64,000 bases of DNA from Candidatus Multivoradales bacterium. GTDB lineage: Bacteria; Acidobacteriota; Thermoanaerobaculia; Multivoradales; Multivoraceae. Within the stretch, counting starts at the first letter, position 1. The number at the start of each line of letters is the position of its first letter. Where the stretch lies: positions 1,184,001 through 1,248,000 of the forward strand of contig CBDCWI010000001.1 in the NCBI GenBank assembly GCA_965223325.1, given 5' to 3'. The notes below the pieces were generated by a model, which saw only the letters and a program-made list of their open reading frames with translations, had not been told where the DNA came from and did not search any database. Made by a program: the position numbers and the translations under genes. Below are positions 55,906-64,000 of this stretch, piece after piece.

Positions 55906-58350
55906 ATGAACCGTGCCCTCACCGCCTCGGAACGGCCGTTCCTGTGGCTTTGTGCCCCGCTGGGAACCGCCCTTCTCCTGCTCACCGCGGCAAGTGCGAG
56001 CGCGCAGGAACTCTTCAAGATCCTCGGCCCGGCGCCGTTCGATTCAGTCGCCGAACGCAGCATCGCTCCAGGCGAAGTCCTCGAGCCCCAGGCTGAGTGG
56101 TTCATCGAGCCCGACCTCGACCGTTTGCGCCAGTTTCCAGCTGAGATCGCGGTAGAGACGCCCGACGGTGCGCGCCATGTTGCGACGCGCCTCCAGGAGA
56201 TCGATCGCGGCAACGGCAACCTGTTCTGGGGTGGGCGCATCGAAGGTGTTGACCTCGAAGGCGCATCGGTCACTCTCACCCTGCACGAGGGACACCTCGT
56301 CGGGCGGGTGACGACCCCCGAGAACACCTACCGAATCGAGCCGCGTCCCGATGGTCTGCGCTTGATGGAAACGCGGCCGACCGCCGCGGCTTGTCGCCAC
56401 GCTGTGGTTCCTGACTTCGATGACTCTGACGACGGGCCGCGCCTGGCAGCCGCAGCCGGGCATGTCCACCCCCATGACTCTGTTGTGCACGCGGTCGATG
56501 GCGTCACCCATCGTGCGGGCGCAACGCTCGACTTCGTGGCTCTCTACACGACCGGTGCTGTCAGCCGACTCGGCAGTGTCTCTGCTGCCGAAGCGACGAT
56601 CGTCAACTCGGTCGACTTCGCCAACACCGTGTTCTCGAATTCGAGCATCGACGCCATGCTGCGGCTGGTGGGCATGTCGCAGATCGAGGATCTCGCCAAC
56701 TTCGAGAACGGTGCCGGTGCGTTGCTAGGCGAGTTTCGCCAGAACGCCACCGCGATGTCGCGGCGCGCAGCAACGGGTGCCGATCTGGTCCATCTCTATG
56801 CTGGTCGCAACGAACTGGTCGGAGCCTGCGGAATCGCCTACCTGCTATCGCGTGGGGTCGGGCCGGGCTCGATGTCCCCCTACGCCTACGGCATCAGTAG
56901 CGTTTCGCGCTGCAACGTCGACGATGTGGTCATCCACGAGGTCGGGCACAACCTGGGAGCGAACCACGACCCGTCTTCTGCCGGTGTCACGCCCGAGGAG
57001 GCCTACTACCCCGACTCGTTCGGGCACAGTGACTTCAACGCTCGTTTCGACACCATCATGGTCTACGGGTCCCAGGAAACCGCACCCTACTTCTCGTCAC
57101 CGAACGACACCTACAAAGGTGCCCCCACGGGGACGGCGGGAGAACGCGACAACGCGCGTACTCTTCGCGACACCGTGCACGTCGGGGCGCAGTATGGAAA
57201 CCACGTCTCGGGCGGCGGTGGCGGCGGTGGCGGTGGTGGCGGCGTCGACCCCATTCCCACTCCCACCGATCTGACCGCTACGCGTACCTCGTCAACCGAG
57301 ATCGCACTCACGTGGACCGGTATCCCCGACGGCACGACTGTCAGCATCGAGGCACGGAGCCCGGTGACTCTGGAATGGACCACCCTGGCGGAGGTCGACG
57401 GCTCGGCCGGCGCCACGATCACCGGCCTGGTCGCCGACACGCCCTACACATTCCGGGCCGTTGCATCCAAGGACGGTGAAGAGTCGGACTACTCGGAGAC
57501 CGTTTCGGCGACCACGGTGTCGACCACCGCGACCTGCCGAGACGGCGACGCCTACCTCTGTTTGCTCGAGGAGCGCTTCGAAGTGAGCGTGCAATGGCGC
57601 GACCCGCAAAGCGACAACAACGGCGTGGGAACGGCGGCGAGCATCCCGAGCGGCGACAAGACCGGTACCTTCTGGTTCTTCAGCCCGACGAACGTCGAGC
57701 TGGTGGTCAAGACGCTCAACGGAACGTCGCTCAACGACGCCTACTGGGTGTTCTACGGAGCCCTCTCCGACGTCGAGTACTGGATCACGGTGCGCGACAC
57801 CGAGGACGGCATCGAAAAGACCTACTGGAACGCCCCCAAGGAGGTCTGCGGCCGCAATGACACGTCGGCCTTCCCGGTTGCTGACAAGCGTCGCGCCTCC
57901 ATCCAGGACAACGGCACCTTCATCCCCATGGTGGGGGCCGAGCTCAGCCTCGAGCAACTGGCAACCGCGCCGGCCAGTCGCGTCGACAGAGGCACGGCAG
58001 GCTGCACCGCGGGCGACACAGTGCTCTGCTTGCAAGAAGGTCGCATCAAGGTCGAAGTCGAATACGACAACACCGGCCGCAAGGAAGGCGACATCGGCCC
58101 CGGCAGGGTCCTCGACGAGCTCACCACCAAAGACACGGGCTTCTTCTGGTTCTTCCAGGAGGTCAACCTCGAGCTGGCCGTCAAAGTCCTCGACGCGCGC
58201 AACATCAACGGCAACTTCTGGGTCTTCTACGGCGCCCTATCGGACGTTGCGTACGAAATCACCGTAACCGACGCCGAGACCGGCGCCACTGCGGTCTACG
58301 GCAACCTCCAGGGCAACATCTGCGGCAAGATCGACGTGAACGCCCTCTAG
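55906..58350 (+). CDS. Secreted M12B/reprolysin-like zinc metalloprotease with FN3 and two C-terminal FWFF-type domains
   Basis: AAGGAG RBS, signal peptide, HEVGHNLGANH, Met-turn TIMVY, poly-Gly linker, FN3 (PTDLTA..IALTW..YTFRAVA), two CL..RF/I.V..FWFF..N.EL.VK.L..WVFYGALSDV repeats. Confidence 0.88.
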   Translation: MNRALTASERPFLWLCAPLGTALLLLTAASASAQELFKILGPAPFDSVAERSIAPGEVLEPQAEWFIEPDLDRLRQFPAEIAVETPDGARHVATRLQEIDRGNGNLFWGGRIEGVDLEGASVTLTLHEGHLVGRVTTPENTYRIEPRPDGLRLMETRPTAAACRHAVVPDFDDSDDGPRLAAAAGHVHPHDSVVHAVDGVTHRAGATLDFVALYTTGAVSRLGSVSAAEATIVNSVDFANTVFSNSSIDAMLRLVGMSQIEDLANFENGAGALLGEFRQNATAMSRRAATGADLVHLYAGRNELVGACGIAYLLSRGVGPGSMSPYAYGISSVSRCNVDDVVIHEVGHNLGANHDPSSAGVTPEEAYYPDSFGHSDFNARFDTIMVYGSQETAPYFSSPNDTYKGAPTGTAGERDNARTLRDTVHVGAQYGNHVSGGGGGGGGGGGVDPIPTPTDLTATRTSSTEIALTWTGIPDGTTVSIEARSPVTLEWTTLAEVDGSAGATITGLVADTPYTFRAVASKDGEESDYSETVSATTVSTTATCRDGDAYLCLLEERFEVSVQWRDPQSDNNGVGTAASIPSGDKTGTFWFFSPTNVELVVKTLNGTSLNDAYWVFYGALSDVEYWITVRDTEDGIEKTYWNAPKEVCGRNDTSAFPVADKRRASIQDNGTFIPMVGAELSLEQLATAPASRVDRGTAGCTAGDTVLCLQEGRIKVEVEYDNTGRKEGDIGPGRVLDELTTKDTGFFWFFQEVNLELAVKVLDARNINGNFWVFYGALSDVAYEITVTDAETGATAVYGNLQGNICGKIDVNAL

Positions 58351-58363
58351 CGCACCACCCACG

Positions 58364-58442
58364 CACACAGTCGGGGGTACTTTCCCAAGCCACCGCAGCG
58401 CCGCGCGCCCGCCACACACAGTCGGGGGGACTTTCCCAAGCC
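58364..58442. repeat. REP-like repeat pair left of the HUH transposase
   Basis: cacacagtcggggg(t/g)actttcccaagcc at 58364 and 58415. Confidence 0.8.
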
Positions 58443-58633
58443 GTGGCGGCGGTGCGCGTGCTGCCGCGCCCCTCGGCACCTCCTGGGCCCGCATCCCACC
58501 CCTTTTCCGCCCTCCGAACCCCTCCGCCAGCGGCCCGCCACCGCCTTTCACGCCCGCCAAACGCAGCTCCGCCAGGCCCGCGCCACCGCGGGCCGACTGG
58601 GCGCCCTGTCGCCGGCTCAGCTAGCGCGCTGAA

Positions 58634-59593
58634 TCAAGGGCCGGCCCTCAGTGCCTGGACCGTCTCGAAGGGTCGCGGGCTCGGAAACGTCCCCTCAGGG
58701 AACTTCACGTCGAGTTCTCCCTCACGCTGACGGTCCCGCGCCAGCCGGTGCGCCCTCCACACCCAGTCAAAAGCTGCCAGCAGTCGCTGCTGCTCGTCCT
58801 CATTGCTGGCAATCACCAGCGGACAAGGGCCCAGAGCCATTTTCCTGGGAGTCCCGAAAGGGCTCAACCGAAAGAGCTTCCACTGGCCGGCAGGCTTCGT
58901 GCCTTCCCGTTTATGACGCGCTCGCGTCTCGCGTTCGATTCCGCGAATCATCTCGCGCACCCACTCGCAGTAGTCCTCGTCACTCAGGTGGTCAAGGCCC
59001 GGGAGCTTCGAAATCACCACCGTTTCCTTCTTCGTGAAGTCCTTCTTCGTCAGGTGACGCCCCGCCTTCGTACGCTTGGCCCGGCAATAGGCCGTGTGGT
59101 CGACCCACTCGCCCTCGAGCTCGAACTTCCCTTCCCACAAGGCCCGCGCGACGGTCACCCCAGGCCACTTGAGAGGTGAAGACACCAGGCCCGCCGCACA
59201 GCCCTGCGCCAGGACGTAGCGGAAACGCTTCGACGTATCGGCAGGGTCGCGCCCGATAAAGGACGGTTTGTAGGGCGTTTCCCACTTCGGGCCCTTCCAG
59301 CCATGGCGAATGCGGATCTCGACGCTCGTCTGCTGCTGGACGCGGTACATGAAGTCCGCCAGCTGCTGGGCGTCTCGTGCACCGACCAGGAAATGGTGGT
59401 GGTTGACCTGATAGTCGACGGCGTAGATGGGGGTATCGGTCTTGCGCTGTGCGCGGCCGATGATGCCGTTCATGTGTGATCGCTGCTCAGAGTCGGGCTT
59501 GAGCAGGAAGGTTCCGTTCGTAATGCGGGCGGTCAGCATGACTGGTTCCGGCCCGCTGTCGGTCGTTGGTACGTATCTCGGTTTTGCTCCCAT
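58634..59593 (-). mobile_element. HUH Y1 transposase, REP-associated (RAYT/TnpA-REP-like)
   Basis: T.R...FLLKP, HUH motif NHHHF, GPKWETPYK (cf. W..RY), catalytic Tyr in RYVLAQG..AGLV.SP..WPG, C-terminal FPEGTF. Flanked by inverted short repeats. Confidence 0.8.
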
Positions 59594-59681
59594 ATGACAT
59601 GGGACGCAGAACGCCTGCGCAGCCTTGCAGCGAGGCCAAACCGGGGCGAATTACGAGGTTTCGCGAACCGTGACTGGGGTC

Positions 59682-59770
59682 GGGAAAGTCCCCCCGACGG
59701 TGTGCGGGCGCGCGCCCGCGGGCACTCGCGCGGCCCCCCGCGTTGGGGCGGGAAAGTCCCCCCGACCGTG
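59682..59770. repeat. REP-like repeat pair right of the HUH transposase (inverted relative to the left pair)
   Basis: gggaaagtccccccgac at 59682 and 59750, reverse complement of gtcggggggactttccc. Confidence 0.8.
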
Positions 59771-59822
59771 CGCGACCGTGCGCGAGGTCGCGCTGCGAGC
59801 TTCGGCCCTCGCCGCCTCCCCG

Positions 59823-60971
59823 TCGCATCGAAGCCAGGAATCCGCGGCGCGCGACAAGCCCAACGAAGGCCACCGGCGCTCCTACAGGGCGATCTCATAG
59901 GCCTGGCGAACGCGCAACGGACCGCTTGCGCCGCAAAGGTGATCAGTAGCAGGAGCCGTGGTACACGAGTTGCGCTCCGAAAGGACGGCCGACAACCTGC
60001 TCCGCCTCTCATCGCGAGGCCCGCACTACAAAAGCGTCAAAACCACGTTGCGATACCAACCAGCGACCCACACCCAGGACCGCGCAGCGAATCGACCCTG
60101 GCGTAGCTCTCTGGCTCCCGCCCTCGCATCGAAGCCACGGTTCCGCGGCGCGCGACAGGCTTAACGAAGGCCACCGGCGCTCCTACAGGGCGACCTCATA
60201 GGCCTGGCGAACGCGCAACGGACCGCTTGCGCCGCAAAGGTGATCAGTAGCAGGAGCCGTGGTACACGGCGTCGCGATCGGAAAGGACGGCCGACAACCT
60301 GCTCCGCCGCTCATCGCGAGGCCCGCACTACAAAAGCGTCAAAACCACGTTGCGATACCAACCAGCAACCCACACCCAGGACCGCGCAGCGAATCGACCC
60401 TGGCGTAGCAAGCCCTCTCTGGCTCCCGCCCTCGCATCGAAGCCAGGAATCCGCGGCGCGCGACAAGCCCAACGAAGGCCACCGGCGCTCCTACAGGGCG
60501 ACCTCATAGGCCTGGCGAACGCGCAACGGACCGCTTGCGCCGCAAAGGTGATCAGTAGCAGGAGCCGTGGTACAAGACGTTGCGCTCCGAAAGGACGGCC
60601 GACAACCTGCTCCGCCTCTCATCGCGAGGCCCGCACTACAAAAGCGTCAAAACCACGTTGCGATACCAACCAGCGACCCACACCCAGGACCGCGCAGCGA
60701 ATCGACCCTGGCGTAGCTCTCTGGCTCCCGCCCTCGCATCGAAGCCACGGTTCCGCGGCGCGCGACAGGCTTAACGAAGGCCACCGGCGGTCCTACAGGG
60801 CGACCTCATAGGCTTGGCGAACGCGCAACGGACCGCTTGCGCCGCAAAGGTGATCAGTAGCAGGAGCCGTGGTACACGACGTTGCGCTGCGAAAGGACGG
60901 CCGACAACCTGCTCCGCCTCTCATCGCGAGGCCCGCACTACAAACAGCGCTAAAACCACGGCTCCTGCTAC
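59823..60971. repeat. Tandem array of 4 x ~300-bp units (ABAB higher-order structure)
   Basis: tcgcatcgaagcca starts at 59823, 60124, 60432 and 60734. The last unit is truncated and closed by a 17-bp inverted repeat. Confidence 0.92.
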
Positions 60972-62959
60972 CGCCAGGGCGCTCGCACCTTCTGCCTGGC
61001 CTGGTAGCGCGCCAACCTCTCCTTGATGGCAGGATCGGCGCCACCGCCGCCGCTCCTCGAGATGACCTCCTCCTGCAGGCGAGCGGCTTCTTCGAAGCGT
61101 TCCAGCTCGGCCAGGGCCATGGCGACGGTTTCGGCGTGGTCGGCGCTGGGGGCGGCCTGCATGACGCCTTCGGCGAGGGCCAGGGCACGCGTACCGTCTC
61201 GGACTTCGGGATCGGCGCTGGCGGCGAGCAGCCGCGCGAGCGCATGCTCCAGGGGCATCGCGCGCGGCAATGCCGTGAGGCCGCGTTCGAGAACCGACTT
61301 GGCATCGGCGTCACGATCGGAGGCCATCAGCGCAACGGCGTGTCCGAACCAGGCGCCTACTTCCTCGGGCGCTGCTTCGTGGAGACGCTCGTAGGTTTCG
61401 TTCGAGGCGGCGAAGTCGCCGCTCGCCGCTTGTGCGCGCGCCAGCATGGACAAGACGTCGGCGCTCCCGGGGGCCAGGGTGAGCGCCGCTTCCAGATGCT
61501 CGATGGCCGGGGCAAGGCGAGGCGGTTGTTGAGACATGGCGAGGATCGCCAGGCGCGAGCGGGCCTCGATGCGCTCGCGAACGGCGCCGGGCGCATAGCC
61601 GAGGACGCGCGTGAGCTCCTTCTCGGCCACCTCGACCTTGCCGAGCTCGTAGAGCGCCGCCCCCAACGTGACCCGCGCGTCGGCCAGCGCCGGGTCGACG
61701 GCCAGGACCTGCTCGAGAATCGTCTGAGACTCGTTCGCCTTACCGACGCGCCACAGCACATCGGCAAGGCGGACTTGCGCTTCGAGGTCTCGAGGGTCGA
61801 TCTCGACCACTTTGCGGTATTGAGTCTCGGCCTCCGCCAGGTCTCCGCGGCGCGCCAGCATCAACCCCAGGTTGAAACGCGGGTCGCGGTAGTCGTCGCG
61901 CAGCGCGATCGCCTTCCTCAGGTAGGTCTCGGCTTCGCCGTGGCGACCGAGCTCGATGAGTGCCATGCCGGCGTTGAACCACCCCTCGTGGCTCGACGGC
62001 TCGGCTTCGACCAGCGAACGGAAGGCCTCGAGCGCCGCCTCAGCATCACCGGCACGCAGGGCCTCAGTGCCGCGTTTGAAGAACGCCTCACGGCTGACGT
62101 TCAACGTCTTGACGCGATCCATCAACGGGTCAGGAAAGGCGATCTCAACGTGTTTGTTGGCGCGCAGCGCGTGGCGCGCCGCGTCACGCTGCCCGATAGC
62201 GCGCAGGGCCAACCCCAGGTGATGGTTGACGACGCTGCCCTCGGGCTGACCCGGCAGTGCCTTCCGAAACCATTCGACCGCTTCGGCCGCCTCGCCTTCG
62301 TCCAACAGCACACGCCCCAGGTAGGCCTGCGCAGCGGAGCTCGAGGGCTCGAGGTCGAGAGCGTGCAGGGCGGCCCGCCGTGCCGCGGCGAGCTCACCGC
62401 GTTGGAGTTGGATCTCGGCGAGCCGTATCCAACCCTCGATGCCGCGCGGCTCCTTCAGAGTGGTCAACCCGAACTGATCGGCCGCCGCATCGAGGTTGCC
62501 GTCGAAGAGCTCGAGTACACCGAGGTAGTAGTGCCAACGGGCGTCCTCGGGAGCTAGCGCCGACGCTTGCGAGAGGGCGGGTCGCGCCGCGTCCATGAAG
62601 TCGTAGAGCAGATACAACCGCCCTAGCAGCCCGACCGCATCGGCCAGCTCGGGCGCGGACGTCTCCTCGAGAGCGGCCAGCCGCGCGAGGCGCTGGCGCG
62701 CATCCTCGACCTGCGAAGTCACGCCATCTTCGTATTGATCGAGCGAGGGAGAAGGAATCGCATCGATGTCGACCGCCGGCGACGCCGGTTGAGCGAACAG
62801 CGGTATCGGCGAGCAAAACACAACAGACAGGCCCACTAACCCGGCCATCGCCAACCCGGCCATCGCACCTCCGCCGCGACTCGGTTCAGACGACGTCACA
62901 CCGCTGACCGTCCGACGGGTCAGGGCCGCGGCCCATGGGCCGCGGCGTCGATCAATCAC
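60968..62959 (-). CDS. Exported TPR protein, paralog of 44824..46626
   Basis: PEDARWHYYLG, TPRs, C-terminal LARLLA.S.DPEVRDG.RALALAE..HAETVAMALA. Start uncertain. Confidence 0.85.
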   Translation of the reverse strand: MIDRRRGPWAAALTRRTVSGVTSSEPSRGGGAMAGLAMAGLVGLSVVFCSPIPLFAQPASPAVDIDAIPSPSLDQYEDGVTSQVEDARQRLARLAALEETSAPELADAVGLLGRLYLLYDFMDAARPALSQASALAPEDARWHYYLGVLELFDGNLDAAADQFGLTTLKEPRGIEGWIRLAEIQLQRGELAAARRAALHALDLEPSSSAAQAYLGRVLLDEGEAAEAVEWFRKALPGQPEGSVVNHHLGLALRAIGQRDAARHALRANKHVEIAFPDPLMDRVKTLNVSREAFFKRGTEALRAGDAEAALEAFRSLVEAEPSSHEGWFNAGMALIELGRHGEAETYLRKAIALRDDYRDPRFNLGLMLARRGDLAEAETQYRKVVEIDPRDLEAQVRLADVLWRVGKANESQTILEQVLAVDPALADARVTLGAALYELGKVEVAEKELTRVLGYAPGAVRERIEARSRLAILAMSQQPPRLAPAIEHLEAALTLAPGSADVLSMLARAQAASGDFAASNETYERLHEAAPEEVGAWFGHAVALMASDRDADAKSVLERGLTALPRAMPLEHALARLLAASADPEVRDGTRALALAEGVMQAAPSADHAETVAMALAELERFEEAARLQEEVISRSGGGGADPAIKERLARYQARQKVRAPWR

Positions 62960-64000
62960 TCTTCCTGACCTTCGCCACGCACGAGGGTGCGGTAGCCGCC
63001 GGCCTCGAGGTTCGAGAACCGTTCGCTTCCTCCGCCCGGCCAGTCGACCCGAACGTTGACCTTCTCTCCCGGTGACACCGCCAGAACAACCCGTGGGTCG
63101 GACGCCGCCCCGTAGCTCCCATCGGTGTGGACGCGGCGAACCTGGCCGCTTCCGTCTTCGAGCGTCACCACCGCGCCGTAGGCATCGCGAAGAGCAGCCG
63201 GATCTCCCGGTGGGTCAAAGGCGACCCGCAAACCAATCCACTCCCCTGGCAGAGGGTCACGCTGGTTCAGCCACAGCCGCACCGGCCCGGCGTTGTTGAC
63301 CACCACCAGGTCGGTGTCCCCGTCGTTGTCGAGATCACCACCGGCCACCGCGCGCCCCACCTCGGCAAGCGGCGGCGACGCCTCGCGCCTGGCCGCCGGC
63401 ACTTCCTCGAAACGGCCGCCGCCGAGCCCTCTCCAAAGCTGATCGGTCTCGCGCATTGGCAGCAGCTCGCCCGCCTCCAGCTGCTCCGGATCGCGCCGCA
63501 CCCCACCATTGGCAACGAACAGGTCGAGGTGACCGTCGAGATCCTGGTCAAAGGCTATGGTGCCGAAACCGGTTGCCGACCAACTACTCTCGCCAAGCCC
63601 GGCATCGACGGTGACATCCTCGAAGAACCCCGTGCCATCGTTCTCATAGAGGGTGTTGGTCTCACGCTGGAGATGGGTCATGAACAGATCGACCGCCCCG
63701 TCTCCAGTGAGGTCCTCGGCGACCACACCCATGCTCGCCTGGGGCATTCCTTTCCCATCGACGGCAGTGCCAGCAATCAGGGCGTCGTCGATGAACTTTC
63801 CTTCGCCCCGGTTGAGCCACATGTGGTTCTCCATTTGATCGTTGGCGACATACAGGTCCTGCCGACCGTCACCATCGAAATCAGCCGCGACGACTCCGAG
63901 GGTCGAACCCTTCGCCTCTCCTGCCACCTCGCCTTCGTCGCCCACCGCAACCATGCCCGCACGCGCGGTCACATCCTCGAAGCGGCCGCCCCCGAGGTTG
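62956..64000 (-). CDS. CRTAC1-family FG-GAP/ASPIC-UnbV protein; partial, 5' end beyond the window
   Basis: Frame stays open to the window edge (NLGGGRFEDVT...). DFDGDGRQDLYVAND, ASMGV, GSYGAASD..WPGG. Confidence 0.88.
   Translation of the reverse strand, partial: NLGGGRFEDVTARAGMVAVGDEGEVAGEAKGSTLGVVAADFDGDGRQDLYVANDQMENHMWLNRGEGKFIDDALIAGTAVDGKGMPQASMGVVAEDLTGDGAVDLFMTHLQRETNTLYENDGTGFFEDVTVDAGLGESSWSATGFGTIAFDQDLDGHLDLFVANGGVRRDPEQLEAGELLPMRETDQLWRGLGGGRFEEVPAARREASPPLAEVGRAVAGGDLDNDGDTDLVVVNNAGPVRLWLNQRDPLPGEWIGLRVAFDPPGDPAALRDAYGAVVTLEDGSGQVRRVHTDGSYGAASDPRVVLAVSPGEKVNVRVDWPGGGSERFSNLEAGGYRTLVRGEGQEE

Noticed and set aside
59533-60811. Repeated small ORFs within the 300-bp array
   Set aside because: Reading frames are not preserved between units (indels not multiples of 3), with no RBS and no recognisable domains.
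60869-62557. 562-aa plus-strand ORF
   Set aside because: Antisense shadow of the TPR gene 60968..62959.

Overview
GC-rich bacterial window. The Acidobacteria-type VWA proteins, sulfatase-TPR fusions, CRTAC1/ASPIC-UnbV proteins and FWFF C-terminal domains suggest Acidobacteriota, probably Thermoanaerobaculia (inference). Layout from left to right: (1) an N-heterocycle/nucleobase catabolic cluster (coxSLM-like molybdo-hydroxylase, cyclase, amidase, NCS2 and NCS1 transporters); (2) exported VWA/peptidase/transglutaminase genes split by an accessory block (structured repeats, vapBC, methyltransferase, hydrolase, ring-cleaving dioxygenase, HTH + DUF6036-like nucleotidyltransferase pair); (3) three tandem, mosaic TonB-dependent receptor paralogs, two with sigma-54-type promoters, each followed by an array of ~150-nt covarying structured units ending in terminators; (4) Thr-type sulfatase-like TPR lipoproteins and a CRTAC1/TPR cluster that runs off the right edge, interrupted by a reprolysin-like protease and an HUH (RAYT-like) transposase with inverted REP pairs and a 4 x ~300-bp tandem array. 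I found no rRNA, tRNA or CRISPR array. The best candidates for an undescribed system are the receptor triplet with its structured 3' arrays and the HUH nuclease with its long-repeat array. All family calls come from motif recognition by eye, not database searches.
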